A stretch of 46,083 nucleotides of DNA from an uncultured Clostridia bacterium (GCA_947628205.1 CANQYX010000005.1:1-46083); one strand, 5' to 3'. Shown: positions 1 through 10,595, counted from the first letter of the stretch. Numbers and translations are program-made. Notes: generated by a model from the letters alone, not told the origin.

Positions 1-539
1 CACCCTGCATCGTATGCACCGCGTATGCCATTATATGCATCTTCCAACATTACGCATTGGCACGGCTTAACGCCCATCTGTTTTGCGCAATATAAAAACG
101 GCTGCGGACTTGGCTTGGACTCCATATTTGAATCTCTCGATATAATAGGATGAAACAACCCAACATCGATATTATTTTTTGCAAGTAAAAAACTCATTTT
201 AGCTAGCGAATTGCCCGAAATGATTGCCATTTTGTAATTGTTGTTTTGTAAATAATTTAGCAATTCAAACAAACCCTTTTTGGCTTTTGGTTTGCCGGAT
301 AATATAATTTTGTTTACTTCTTCTAACTGAGCATCTCGATATTTATCCACGTCAAGAGTTGGATATGCCGCGCGCAATTCTTGCCTAACAAGATTTTCGT
401 TTTTGCCAATAAAAGATGCCCTTGTTTTTTCTGTTAGATTAATATTAAATTTTTTATTATATTTTTGAAAAACGCGTTTCCACAAAATTTCTGTATCAAA
501 CATTAGACCATCAAAATCAAAAACAACTGCTTTAATCAT
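1..539 (-). CDS. HAD-superfamily phosphatase (beta-PGM/CbbY-like), 3' end truncated by window edge
   Basis: Not in the ORF track. The minus strand reads MIKAVVFDFDGLMFDTE (HAD motif I DxD), then SKPSPQP and MLEDAYNG (motifs III/IV). Confidence 0.9.
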   Translation of the reverse strand, partial: MIKAVVFDFDGLMFDTEILWKRVFQKYNKKFNINLTEKTRASFIGKNENLVRQELRAAYPTLDVDKYRDAQLEEVNKIILSGKPKAKKGLFELLNYLQNNNYKMAIISGNSLAKMSFLLAKNNIDVGLFHPIISRDSNMESKPSPQPFLYCAKQMGVKPCQCVMLEDAYNGIRGAYDAG

Positions 540-793
540 AAATTTAATTTTAACAAAATTAAATAATATTACAAATAAATTTTGACAAAATTTTTAAAAA
601 ACAATAAAAAACCGCGTTTTTTATGCAAATTTTTAATAAAAAATGCAAAATTTTTATAAAAAAAATAATATTTTTTAAATTAAAAATAACTTTTTAATTT
701 TAACAAGTAAAATTTTAAATAAAACAGCAAATTTTTTTAAATTTTAAAAATTATTTAACGAAAGAAAGTTTTTTTGTTGAGTATAATAAAGGT

Positions 794-1336
794 ATGAAAA
801 AGTGGGCTGTTTTACTAATTATAGTTTTTGTGTTTGCGCTATCCTTGGCAGGTTTTAAAACAATTGCTGCCATAACTCACCCGATAAAATATAAAAACGA
901 AATTTTGTTTTATTCTCGCGAGTTTAATTTGAAACCCGAACTTGTTGCTAGTGTTATAAACACAGAAAGTCATTTTAACAAAAATGCCGAATCAAATAAA
1001 AACGCGTTAGGGCTTATGCAAATTAAACTTTCCACCGCTCAATTTTTAATTGACTATTATAAATTAGATTTTAGCATTGAAAAAGAAGATTTATTTAATG
1101 AAAAAATTAACATAAAATTTGGTTGCTTATATTTAAGTTATTTAAACAAAAAATTTAACGACATTAACTCCTCTCTTGCCGCATACAATGCTGGTGAAAC
1201 AATTGTAAGAACATGGTTAAGGGATGCGCGATACAGTGACGGAACTAAACTAACAAACATCCCTTTTGCAGAAACAAGAAATTATATTTTAAAAATTAAC
1301 AATAATTTGAAATTTTATAAAAATGTTTTTAATTAA
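794..1336 (+). CDS. Lytic transglycosylase (SLT domain) with N-terminal membrane anchor
   Basis: Motifs INTES (catalytic Glu), ALGLMQI, AAYNAG and ETRNY. Confidence 0.92.
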   Translation: MKKWAVLLIIVFVFALSLAGFKTIAAITHPIKYKNEILFYSREFNLKPELVASVINTESHFNKNAESNKNALGLMQIKLSTAQFLIDYYKLDFSIEKEDLFNEKINIKFGCLYLSYLNKKFNDINSSLAAYNAGETIVRTWLRDARYSDGTKLTNIPFAETRNYILKINNNLKFYKNVFN

Positions 1337-2369
1337 TTTCTAAACTTGTTTTTTCTTTGCGCAATTTTAATTTTGCAAGTTTTACAATAACTAAAATAAT
1401 TAAAATTAAAATATAAATCGCGCTTATTATGCCAGACAAAACATAAAGATATTTAACAATAAACGCATAACCCAACTGGGAAACAATTAAATTTATTAAC
1501 AAAATTGTTGACGCGCAAAATTTAGATTTTTTTCCATTAAACAAAATTAGATGCATATTGTAACAACAAATCATCAAGGTTGAAAAGAGTGCTAAAATTA
1601 GTGTGGCAAAATATAGATAATAGAACCAACTTGAGACATTTGCGCTCAATTCAAACATTGGCATATCGGTTGAAAAATTGTTGCTTGCCAACACTAAAAT
1701 GTTTAGTAAAATGATTAAGCAAATGCTAAATATTACAAATATTTTACCCTTAGATTTTAATTTTGTTTCAAATATAATTGGAAGAGCGGCCACAAAGTTG
1801 TTTATGCCAAAAAGCAAACCATACCATAGCGCCATTGTCCCACTTTGAGAAACAACTGGCAAATTTACATTTTGTGGATTTATGTTTTTAATTGAGTTTA
1901 CAACTATTGCAAAAATCATTATTGGGATTATTAAATTAGAAACAAATTTTATTTTGCCCATTCCGCCAATAAGCAAAAAGAAAATGATTAAAGACAAAGT
2001 TAATGATGGAATATGATATTTAACATTAAAAAAAGTTTCAAATAGATAATCTGCCCCTGCCAACATGCCTGCACTTGTAATTGCAAAATTTACAACCATA
2101 AATACATTTGAAATTTTAACAAATTTACCAAATAATGTTGTGTTAAATTCGTTGTAACTATTTGCCATTATTTTATGTTTTACATAATCGATAACGAAAA
2201 ACAAATATAGATATAAAAGCGCAAACGCTATAAGCCCCAAAATTGATGCTTGGCCGAAATCGAAAAAGAAAACACTAATTTCTTTCCCCGATGCAAAACC
2301 TACGCCAATAATTGCGCTTAAAATTAAAAAATAATCAACGAACGCGCCAAAAAATGATTTTATTTTCAT
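1329..2369 (-). CDS. YkvI-like polytopic membrane protein
   Basis: IIGVGFASGKEI motif typical of the YkvI family; about 10 hydrophobic segments. Confidence 0.75.
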   Translation of the reverse strand: MKIKSFFGAFVDYFLILSAIIGVGFASGKEISVFFFDFGQASILGLIAFALLYLYLFFVIDYVKHKIMANSYNEFNTTLFGKFVKISNVFMVVNFAITSAGMLAGADYLFETFFNVKYHIPSLTLSLIIFFLLIGGMGKIKFVSNLIIPIMIFAIVVNSIKNINPQNVNLPVVSQSGTMALWYGLLFGINNFVAALPIIFETKLKSKGKIFVIFSICLIILLNILVLASNNFSTDMPMFELSANVSSWFYYLYFATLILALFSTLMICCYNMHLILFNGKKSKFCASTILLINLIVSQLGYAFIVKYLYVLSGIISAIYILILIILVIVKLAKLKLRKEKTSLEIN

Positions 2370-2405
2370 AGTTAATTTTATGACAAATATCTTTCATTAA
2401 TGAAT

Positions 2406-2437
2406 AAAAAACAACGATTTAAAATCGTTGCTTTTTT
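2406..2437 (-). terminator. Intrinsic terminator after the dnaG-rpoD operon
   Basis: caacgatt/aatcgttg stem flanked by A and T tracts. Confidence 0.65.
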
Positions 2438-2447
2438 AAACTTATCA

Positions 2448-3146
2448 TTATTTATCCAGCATGATAATTCTTCCGCAATGTTCGCAAGGAAGCATCTTTT
2501 TAGTTTTTAATTTTTCAATAAAGTTGAGTGGCAATTCAACACTGCAGCCACCACAGAAAACATCAACTAACGGAACATAAACAGGGAAAATGCCCTTTTG
2601 TTTCATTTCGATATATTTTTCGTATTTTTCTTTATCTTGCACCTTAGGCTCTAAAGCGGCAATTTTCTTTTGCAATTCAACAATTTTTGGTGCAACTTCT
2701 TGCTTTTTTTGTTCAATTTTCGCCTTAATAGATTTGGAGCGAAGTTTAGCTTCGGTTAATTTTTGGCTTAACTCGGCACTTTTTCTAACAATTTCTTCTG
2801 ATTTTCTAACCAAATCTTCAACACGCCTGTTTTCTTCGCTTAAATCGCCAAGCAAAGCATTTGCATCTGAGATTAATGAAGAAATATTATCTAAATTTAT
2901 ATTTGCAGTATTTTTCTTTTTTATAATATCACTGCCACCCTTATAATTGGACAGATGATTATTTGCCAAATTAAAGTTTTTAATTATTTCATTTGCCTGA
3001 TTTTCAAGTTGATTAAATCTATCCCTTCCCGACTGCAACACTTTTTTATATTTTTCAAAATCCACACTCGCAGGACAGGTTTCCACTTCTCTTTCCAACG
3101 CTCTAATTTGCCTATCTAATTTTTGAATTTCTAAAATTGTTTTCAT
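2448..3146 (-). CDS. Coiled-coil plus C4 zinc-ribbon protein (DUF164/FlgZ/CdsZ-like)
   Basis: LEIQKLD N-terminus, long coiled coil, C-terminal CGGC...CEHCGRII. Confidence 0.85.
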   Translation of the reverse strand: MKTILEIQKLDRQIRALEREVETCPASVDFEKYKKVLQSGRDRFNQLENQANEIIKNFNLANNHLSNYKGGSDIIKKKNTANINLDNISSLISDANALLGDLSEENRRVEDLVRKSEEIVRKSAELSQKLTEAKLRSKSIKAKIEQKKQEVAPKIVELQKKIAALEPKVQDKEKYEKYIEMKQKGIFPVYVPLVDVFCGGCSVELPLNFIEKLKTKKMLPCEHCGRIIMLDK

Positions 3147-4273
3147 TGTTTCTTTCTCCCTCTTCTGGTTTTTTGTTTCTTTTCCGGAATATAATATTCT
3201 TCCGCAGCTAAATCATCGCGCAAGCGTTTTAACTTTGCTGGATGGCGAAGTTTTCTCAACGCTTTTGCCTCGATTTGGCGAATTCTTTCACGCGTTACAG
3301 AAAATTCTCTTCCAACCTCTTCCAAAGTGCGTGGGTGGGTATCGTCCAAGCCATATCTTAAACGAATAACTTTTTGTTCTCGTGGAGTTAATGTTTCCAA
3401 AACGCCCATCAATTGCTCTTTAAGCATGTTTTGTTGTGCCACATCGGCAGGAGATAAAGTGTTTTCGTCTGGAATAAGATCTCCAATTTTACTATCCTCT
3501 TCATGCCCCATTTTACTTTCTAGCGAAATTGGGTCTTGCGAAATTTTTTGAATTTCCATAACTTTTTGAACAGTTGTGTTAAGTTTTGCTGCAATTTCGT
3601 CTATGCTAGGGTCTCTGCCCAACTCTTGCAACAACTCTTTAACCGCTTTATTATATCTTGATATTGTTTCAACCATATGCACAGGCAAACGCATAAGCCT
3701 TGCTTGGTCGGAAATAGCACGCGTTATGCTTTGCCTTATCCACCACGTGCCATAAGTGGAAAATTTAAAACCTTTGTTATAGTCAAACTTTTCAACCGCG
3801 CGCATCAAACCCAAATTACCCTCTTGGATAAGATCCAAAAATGGCATATTGTGCATATTTTGATAGTGCTTGGCAATGCTTACCACCAAACGCAAATTAG
3901 AATCAATTAATCTATCTCGTGCATATTTGTCGTTTTCTTCAACCATGCGGCGGCTCAATTCTCGCTCTTCTTCGGCAGACAAAAGCGGAATGTTGCCGAT
4001 TTCTTTAAGATACATTTTAACTGGGTCATTAGCGTTAATTTGGCTTATGATATTTTCATATTCCTTTTCATCTATGCTGTAATCTTGAATGGCATCGGTA
4101 ATTTTAATTCCGTTATCTATTAAAAACTTTTTAACCTCTTCAACTTCGGTTAAATCAATATCTTTATACTTTTCAACCAGCATAGTTAAAAGGCTATCAT
4201 CCGCAACTGAAACTTTGTGAATATCTTTAAACTGTTGCAAGATTGCTTGTTTTGCTTCTTCTAAATTTTCCAT
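3143..4273 (-). CDS. rpoD: RNA polymerase primary sigma factor RpoD/SigA
   Basis: [58 protein letters not shown]. Confidence 0.97.
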   Translation of the reverse strand: MENLEEAKQAILQQFKDIHKVSVADDSLLTMLVEKYKDIDLTEVEEVKKFLIDNGIKITDAIQDYSIDEKEYENIISQINANDPVKMYLKEIGNIPLLSAEEERELSRRMVEENDKYARDRLIDSNLRLVVSIAKHYQNMHNMPFLDLIQEGNLGLMRAVEKFDYNKGFKFSTYGTWWIRQSITRAISDQARLMRLPVHMVETISRYNKAVKELLQELGRDPSIDEIAAKLNTTVQKVMEIQKISQDPISLESKMGHEEDSKIGDLIPDENTLSPADVAQQNMLKEQLMGVLETLTPREQKVIRLRYGLDDTHPRTLEEVGREFSVTRERIRQIEAKALRKLRHPAKLKRLRDDLAAEEYYIPEKKQKTRRGRKKQ

Positions 4274-4791
4274 TAATTTTTCTCCTCTAATTCTTTAATT
4301 TTTTCCCTTAAATAGAAAATTATATAATCTTCAATATTCAATTTAAAATTTGGGTTATATTTTTTTATGGCAGTGTTAAGGCCTAAATTTGCAGTTTGCA
4401 CCAAATCTTGTAAATCCACATTTTTATGTAAAGTTTTATAATTTAAACATAAATGTAAAACATCTAGCAAGAAATATGTTTGCAGGGCAGAAAACAATTT
4501 TTTATCCTTAGTTTCAAAGTAAGTTTTTAGTTCGCACGAAATTTGTTTTTTAGAAGGTTTTTTTATTTTTTTAATGTCTAAATAATAATCTAAAATTGGC
4601 TCTAAATCTTTTTCTTCTAAATCTGTTGTAGTGCTGGGCTGAAAAATTGAATTAAAATATGCCCTTATATCTTTTATTTTGTATCTCCCGTTTTGCGCGA
4701 GTTCTAAATATAACTTTTCTAACTCGCTTGAGTTTACCCCCAAAGCGAAGAGATATTTATAAAGCGAATCGGTTTTATCTATTTCAATCAC
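4273..4791 (-). CDS. Truncated sigma-70-like protein (regions 1-2 only)
   Basis: [37 protein letters not shown] aligns by eye with region 2 of the adjacent RpoD; regions 3 and 4 are absent. Confidence 0.7.
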   Translation of the reverse strand: MIEIDKTDSLYKYLFALGVNSSELEKLYLELAQNGRYKIKDIRAYFNSIFQPSTTTDLEEKDLEPILDYYLDIKKIKKPSKKQISCELKTYFETKDKKLFSALQTYFLLDVLHLCLNYKTLHKNVDLQDLVQTANLGLNTAIKKYNPNFKLNIEDYIIFYLREKIKELEEKN

Positions 4792-6560
4792 ACTTTCTCC
4801 TTGTTTATCGTTTCATCTATCTGTTTAATTTTTGCCAAATAATTATATCTATCCACGTCGGTTAAGCAAGAATTCATAAGTTGAATAAGCTTGTCCCGTT
4901 CTGTGCGCAAAGAATATAATTTAACGCGTTTTGAACTATCTTTTACAATTGTTTCAAACACATTGTCCGCTGGAAAAACATAGTTTATAACTTTATCTAT
5001 TGCGCTGTTTGGTTCAATTTTAAAATTATCAAACAGAATTGAAGGATTTATTGGCTTGTTCTCTTTTATTTTTGACACAAAGAACTTGTACAATTCACTT
5101 AATTCATCCTCAGTGTTAAAAATTCCTGCAAAATCTTCATAATTTTTTATTTTATTGTAAAGAATGCCGGCTAATATTGTTATTTTGCCATCCAAAACAT
5201 ATCTATCTTTAATAATTTCGCTACCCTCTTGCTCTATTTGTTTTTGTGCTGAATTTGTTTTGACACGCGTTAAACTATTTCTTAGTGCGTCAATTGGAAT
5301 TTCCACCTTTTGCTGAACCGCTTGCAAATAAATTTCTTGCTCGGCTGGTGTTGTAAATTTAGAGATATAATTTAATGCCTCTTTAACATATTTGTTTTTG
5401 TCTGAATTATTTTCTAAATTATATTTTTTTGCACTATCTTGCAAAACAAAATCCACGCAATCTATTGCATTTTCCAAAAACTCAACAAATTTGTCTTTGC
5501 CAAATTTTTTAATGTATTCGTCTGGGTCTTTTGCGCCCGTTAACCGCACAACACGCACATTTAAGTCAGCTTCTTTTAAAGTGTCTATTGCCTTATATGT
5601 TGCATTTGCGCCCGCGCTATCGCCGTCTAGACACAAAATGACATTATCAACAAGCGTTTTAATTTTTTTTGCGTGAAGCGGCGTAAGCGCGGTTCCCATA
5701 CAACCAATAACATTTGTAATGCCGGCTTGATGGCACATAATAACATCAATATGCCCCTCAACAATTACAATGCTATCCAACATGCGCTGTTTTTTTAATT
5801 CTCTAACAAAATTGTAACCAAACAAAATTTCACTTTTGTTAAAAATTAGCGTTTGCGAGGTGTTTTTATATTTTGTATGCTCGGGAGATTGCTCAATGCT
5901 CCTGCCCGAAAACGCCACGACATCGCCAAAGCCATTGAAAATTGGAAATATAACTCTGCCGCCATAAAAATCATAAAGGCCATGATCGCCCCTGCCGACG
6001 ACTCCTGCCAACACCATGTCTGCCGGCTTAAAATTCATTTGCAAAAGGTGGTTTATTAACCCCTCGTAATTTAAGGATGCACCAATTTTGAACTTTTCAA
6101 TTGTTTCGCTGGTAAGCCCACGCGATTTAATATACTGACCTTGCGGCGAATTTGGGTTGTTTAATAAATTGTTATGATAAAAATCGGTGGTTGCCTTTAA
6201 AATTGCATACATCGTTTCGCGCTGCTGCTTTTGTTTTTTTATTTCCTCACTCTCTTGGTCGGTTGGCAATGGCATGTTTGCTTCTTTTGCCAACATTTCA
6301 ACAGCGGTTAAAAAATCCACATTCTCCATTTTTGCAACCAGATTTATAACGTTGCCTGCCTCGCCACAACCAAAGCATTTATAGAACTGACCATCCTCTT
6401 TTATAGTAAAAGAGGCGGTTTTTTCGTTATGAAAAGGACAGCGTGCCCAATAATTTCCGCCACGATGAGTTAATGTTAAATATCTGCTAGCAACAGTAAC
6501 AAGATCTGTTTTAGCGCAAAGTTCTTCCAAGAACTCTAAAGGAACGCCACCTTTAATCAT
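4788..6560 (-). CDS. dnaG: DNA primase
   Basis: CPFHNEKTASF...CFGC zinc finger, KYKNT, Toprim VEGHIDV and LDGDSAG, KDPDE. Confidence 0.97.
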   Translation of the reverse strand: MIKGGVPLEFLEELCAKTDLVTVASRYLTLTHRGGNYWARCPFHNEKTASFTIKEDGQFYKCFGCGEAGNVINLVAKMENVDFLTAVEMLAKEANMPLPTDQESEEIKKQKQQRETMYAILKATTDFYHNNLLNNPNSPQGQYIKSRGLTSETIEKFKIGASLNYEGLINHLLQMNFKPADMVLAGVVGRGDHGLYDFYGGRVIFPIFNGFGDVVAFSGRSIEQSPEHTKYKNTSQTLIFNKSEILFGYNFVRELKKQRMLDSIVIVEGHIDVIMCHQAGITNVIGCMGTALTPLHAKKIKTLVDNVILCLDGDSAGANATYKAIDTLKEADLNVRVVRLTGAKDPDEYIKKFGKDKFVEFLENAIDCVDFVLQDSAKKYNLENNSDKNKYVKEALNYISKFTTPAEQEIYLQAVQQKVEIPIDALRNSLTRVKTNSAQKQIEQEGSEIIKDRYVLDGKITILAGILYNKIKNYEDFAGIFNTEDELSELYKFFVSKIKENKPINPSILFDNFKIEPNSAIDKVINYVFPADNVFETIVKDSSKRVKLYSLRTERDKLIQLMNSCLTDVDRYNYLAKIKQIDETINKEKV

Positions 6561-6708
6561 TTGTTGAGCTCCATTTAACCCCTAAATTCAACACAAAAAC
6601 AAATTTTCCTAACATTTAAACTAAATGTTAAATAACCCCTTATCTAAATGCTCTTTTTAACTAAATATTGCAAAACTTTAAAAACTCCTAAATTTTTAAA
6701 AATTTAAA

Positions 6709-6733
6709 TAAAAAGAGGCCGCTGCCCCTTTTT
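6709..6733 (-). terminator. Probable terminator after the 41-aa ORF
   Basis: aaaaagaggc...gccccttttt imperfect hairpin. Confidence 0.5.
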
Positions 6734-6857
6734 ATTTAACCTTAAGTTGTTCTAATCTATAATTAATGTATTCAATTAATTCCGCCGTAGTTTTAGGTGG
6801 AACAAGCAAATCGTTAAAAGTTTTATCTATCAATTGTTCTAATTTACTTAATTTCAT
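6732..6857 (-). CDS. Small hypothetical protein, 41 aa (MKLSKLEQLIDKTFNDLLVPPKTTAELIEYINYRLEQLKVK)
   Basis: Read manually. An AGGTGA RBS overlaps the upstream stop, and a terminator follows. Confidence 0.6.
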   Translation of the reverse strand: MKLSKLEQLIDKTFNDLLVPPKTTAELIEYINYRLEQLKVK

Positions 6858-6864
6858 ATTTCAC

Positions 6865-7764
6865 CTACGCTGTTACACCGCTGCCGGCCTTTTGTTGTTT
6901 TGCTAATTCCTGTTCCATAATATATCTTTTATATGGGTCGAAAATTTTTGTAATATAATCTAAAGCATCTTGGACTTTGTCTAATTCCGATCCGTATTTT
7001 TCTTCTGCTGCTTTTCCCTTTTCGTAACTGCTGCTGTACGCATCTGAAATTGCATAGCCAACTTGACGATTTTTATCCCTTATTTTGTTTTGAATTTCGA
7101 TACTAGCTTTTTCCATACAATGATTATAAAAAGTTTTGTTTCTTAACAAATCGTCATATTTTTCTATAAATTTTTGCAAATCGCTTTTGCTGAAATAGTT
7201 AACTTCGTCCATGGCCTCCAGCATTCTGTTTTGAAGCGCTAAATTTGGATTAGATTTAATTAATTCGCGCCAATTTTGAATTTCGTTAAATGGAAATTCC
7301 TCAAAAATAAATGGCGATTGGTCTGGGAAAGATTTTACTAATGTTTCTAAATTTTCTTGATTGAAAGTTATGTGACGGAAAACCATTTTAAAATCGAAAT
7401 AATAAACATCTTTCCTCTCGACCGGCGTAAACTTTTTGTTAAATGCCTTTAAACATTCTTTTAACAATTCTTGGTCATTCATTGTTAGGCTATTCGATAA
7501 AAATGGGAAATGGCTAAAAGCTCTAACGTCTTTTTTAACTAAGGCAATTTTTTGCTGGGTTGACCAAGTGTCATTTGGAGCAAGCACCAATTCAGCCAAC
7601 CGTACGATGTCTGCCCCATTCAATTCGTCGATGAGTTCTTTTGCATTTTTAGGGTCGTTGATTAAATCATAAACCTTTTTCATATCACCATATTTCCAAG
7701 TGTTTTCTTTAGATAGGCGTTTTAATAATTCAAGATCCTCTTTAGATATATTTTTTGCTGGTAT
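6865..7764 (-). CDS. Orphan hypothetical helical protein; start either ATA at 7764 or ATG at 7683
   Basis: 272-aa ORF. The frame stays open 27 codons upstream to AAGGAG-N6-ATA. Confidence 0.7.
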   Translation of the reverse strand: MPAKNISKEDLELLKRLSKENTWKYGDMKKVYDLINDPKNAKELIDELNGADIVRLAELVLAPNDTWSTQQKIALVKKDVRAFSHFPFLSNSLTMNDQELLKECLKAFNKKFTPVERKDVYYFDFKMVFRHITFNQENLETLVKSFPDQSPFIFEEFPFNEIQNWRELIKSNPNLALQNRMLEAMDEVNYFSKSDLQKFIEKYDDLLRNKTFYNHCMEKASIEIQNKIRDKNRQVGYAISDAYSSSYEKGKAAEEKYGSELDKVQDALDYITKIFDPYKRYIMEQELAKQQKAGSGVTA

Positions 7765-7793
7765 ATTTTTCTCCTTTTACCCCTTATGTTTTT

Positions 7794-7822
7794 ATTTTAT
7801 ATATTTAAAATAAATTTGTCAA
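7794..7822 (-). promoter_or_regulatory. SigA promoter TTGACA-17-TAAAAT
   Basis: Direct consensus match upstream of the orphan gene. Confidence 0.7.
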
Positions 7823-7949
7823 ACAATTTTACAAAAAAGAGTGAAAATAGCGTTCACTATTATATTTTTATAAAACTAGCCAAAAACTATACAAAAAAAC
7901 AAAAAGAGCAAAACCACTCTTTTTGCTAAAATTATTTTTTTATTTAAAT

Positions 7950-10595
7950 TTATTTTCTTGGGTTTTTAATGTTGGCTTGAGCGGCAGCAAGGCGCGCAAT
8001 TGGAACGCGGAATGGGCTGCAGCTTACATAATCTAGGCCAATTTTGTGGCAGAATTCAATGCTTGAAGGGTCGCCACCATGCTCGCCACAAATGCCGGCG
8101 TGCAAATGTTTGTTGGCAGTTTTGCCAAGCTTAATTGCCATATCCATAAGTTTGCCAACGCCGGTTGTATCCAAGCGCGCAAATGGGTCGCTTTCATAAA
8201 TTTTATTAGCATAATATGAAGGCAAGAATTTGCCAGCATCATCACGGCTGAAACCGAATGTCATTTGAGTTAAATCGTTTGTGCCAAAGCAGAAGAAATC
8301 TGCTTGTTTTGCAATGTCATCGGCAGTTAGTGCGGCGCGCGGAATTTCAATCATTGTGCCAACCTCATATTTAAGGTTAGATTTTGCAGCTTTGATAACC
8401 TCATCTGCCGTTTCAACAACTGTCTTTTTAACAAAAGCAAGTTCTTTAACCTCGCCAACTAGCGGAATCATAATTTCTGGAACAACGTTCCAATCTTTAT
8501 GCTTCTTTTGAACATTTATTGCGGCTTTAATAACAGCCTTAGTTTGCATAACGGCAATTTCTGGGTAAGTAACCGCCAAACGGCAGCCTCTGTGCCCCAT
8601 CATTGGGTTAAATTCGTGCAGGTCGCTAATTAACTGCTTAATTTGAGCAACGGTTTTGCCCTGAGTTTTGGCTAGCGCCTTAATATCCTCTTCCGCGGTT
8701 GGAACGAACTCGTGAAGAGGTGGGTCTAAGAAACGAATTGTTACTGGCTTGCCTTGAAGAGCCTCCATTAAGCCCTCGAAATCTTTTTGTTGCATAGGCT
8801 CAATTTTTGCAAGTGCGGCTTCGCGCTCGGCAACTGTATCTGCGCAAATCATTTCGCGGAATGCGCCAATGCGGTCTGGGTCGAAGAACATGTGCTCTGT
8901 CCTCGTTAAGCCAATGCCCTCTGCGCCTAATTCTACCGCGCGTTTTGCATCGGCTGGAGTGTCTGCGTTGGTGCGAACGCCCAAAGCGCGATATTTATCT
9001 GCCAACTTCATTATGCGGCCGAAATAACCGCTGTTAGGGTCAGCAGGGATAGTTTTAATTATTGTATCATAAATTTTGCCGGTTGAGCCATCTAGAGATA
9101 TGCCATCGCCCTCTTTATATGTTTTGCCAGAAAGGGTGAAACGCTTTTTCTCTTCATCCATCTTAATGTCGCCACAGCCGGAAACACAGCAAGTGCCCAT
9201 GCCTCGCGCAACAACTGCCGCGTGCGATGTTTGGCCGCCACGCACAGTTAAAATGCCTTGCGCATATTTCATGCCCTCAATGTCCTCTGGGCTGGTTTCA
9301 AGGCGGACGAGCACAACTTTTTTGCCTGCTTTGCCCTCTTTAACCGCATCCTCAGCCGTGAACACGATAGAACCTGCCGCTGCACCTGGGCTGGCAGCAA
9401 TGCCCTTGCCCACAACATTTTTCTTGTCCGCTTCTTTAAGCGCGTTAGGGTCGAAGGTTGGGTGCAAAAGCATGTCTAGTGATTTTGCATCGATTTGCAT
9501 CAAAGCTTCTTTTTCGGTTATCATGCCCTCATCGATAAGGTCGCACGCAATGCGGATGGCGGCCGCTGCTGTGCGTTTGCCATTACGAGTTTGAAGCATG
9601 TATAAATGTTTATCCTCTATTGTAAATTCCATATCTTGCATGTCTTTGTAATGCGTTTCAAGAGTGTTGCAGATATCTTTAAATTGTTTGTAAACTTCTG
9701 GCATAATTTCTGCCATTTTTGAAATAGGCATTGGGGTGCGCACGCCGGCAACAACGTCCTCGCCTTGCGCGTTCATCAAAAATTCGCCCATCAAGCCCTT
9801 TTCGCCCGTTGCTGGATTGCGTGTGAAGGCAACGCCCGTGCCGCTTGTTTCGCCCATATTGCCGAATGCCATCATTTGAACATTGACTGCTGTTCCCCAT
9901 GAATAAGGAATGTCGTGATCCATACGATAAACGTTAGCGCGTGGGTTATCCCAAGAACGGAACACCGCTTTGATTGCCTCGAACAACTGCTCTTTAGGGT
10001 CGGTTGGGAAAGGTTTGCCAATTTGCTTTTGATATTCTGATTTAAACTGGCGCGCAAGAACTTTAAGGTCGTCCGCCGTTAAATCTACATCATAAACAAC
10101 GCCTTTTTTCTCTTTCATTTGGTCGATAAGCTTTTCAAAATACTTTTTGCCAACTTCCATTACAACGTCGCTGAACATTTGGATAAACCTGCGATAGCAG
10201 TCCCACGCCCAACGAGGGTTGCCGCTTTTTTGGGCAAGAGTTTCAACAACTTCCTCATTCAAGCCAAGGTTTAAAATTGTGTCCATCATGCCCGGCATAC
10301 TTGCTCTTGCACCTGAACGAACAGAAACAAGCAATGGGTTTTGCTTATCCCCAAACTTTTTGCCAGTGATTTTTTCCATTTTGGCAATGTATTGCATAAT
10401 TTCGGCACGAATGTCCTCGTTAATTTGCCTGCCATCCTCATAATATTGAGTGCAAGCCTCGGTTGAGATTGTAAACCCTTGAGGAACGGGCAAACCCAAA
10501 TTGGTCATTTCTGCAAGGTTGGCACCCTTGCCACCAAGAAGTTCACGCATGTTTGCGTTGCCTTCGCTAAAAAGATAAACATATTTCTTTTTCAT
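7950..10595 (-). CDS. ppdK: Pyruvate, phosphate dikinase
   Basis: LLGGKGANLAEM, SVRSGARASMPGMMDT, GGQTSHAAVVAR (phospho-His), GTNDLTQ, GICGEHGG. Confidence 0.98.
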   Translation of the reverse strand: MKKKYVYLFSEGNANMRELLGGKGANLAEMTNLGLPVPQGFTISTEACTQYYEDGRQINEDIRAEIMQYIAKMEKITGKKFGDKQNPLLVSVRSGARASMPGMMDTILNLGLNEEVVETLAQKSGNPRWAWDCYRRFIQMFSDVVMEVGKKYFEKLIDQMKEKKGVVYDVDLTADDLKVLARQFKSEYQKQIGKPFPTDPKEQLFEAIKAVFRSWDNPRANVYRMDHDIPYSWGTAVNVQMMAFGNMGETSGTGVAFTRNPATGEKGLMGEFLMNAQGEDVVAGVRTPMPISKMAEIMPEVYKQFKDICNTLETHYKDMQDMEFTIEDKHLYMLQTRNGKRTAAAAIRIACDLIDEGMITEKEALMQIDAKSLDMLLHPTFDPNALKEADKKNVVGKGIAASPGAAAGSIVFTAEDAVKEGKAGKKVVLVRLETSPEDIEGMKYAQGILTVRGGQTSHAAVVARGMGTCCVSGCGDIKMDEEKKRFTLSGKTYKEGDGISLDGSTGKIYDTIIKTIPADPNSGYFGRIMKLADKYRALGVRTNADTPADAKRAVELGAEGIGLTRTEHMFFDPDRIGAFREMICADTVAEREAALAKIEPMQQKDFEGLMEALQGKPVTIRFLDPPLHEFVPTAEEDIKALAKTQGKTVAQIKQLISDLHEFNPMMGHRGCRLAVTYPEIAVMQTKAVIKAAINVQKKHKDWNVVPEIMIPLVGEVKELAFVKKTVVETADEVIKAAKSNLKYEVGTMIEIPRAALTADDIAKQADFFCFGTNDLTQMTFGFSRDDAGKFLPSYYANKIYESDPFARLDTTGVGKLMDMAIKLGKTANKHLHAGICGEHGGDPSSIEFCHKIGLDYVSCSPFRVPIARLAAAQANIKNPRK

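Noticed and set aside
541-790. Replication origin or structured RNA in A/T-tract-rich spacers (also 17100-17256, 38000-38177, 39282-39530)
   Set aside because: No DnaA-box cluster was seen, and the apparent palindromes are expected from alternating A and T runs.
7950-10595. Many antisense or alternate-frame ORFs inside ppdK (also in parC/parE, obgE and clpC)
   Set aside because: Shadow ORFs of conserved genes with biased codon use; no RBS or recognisable motifs.
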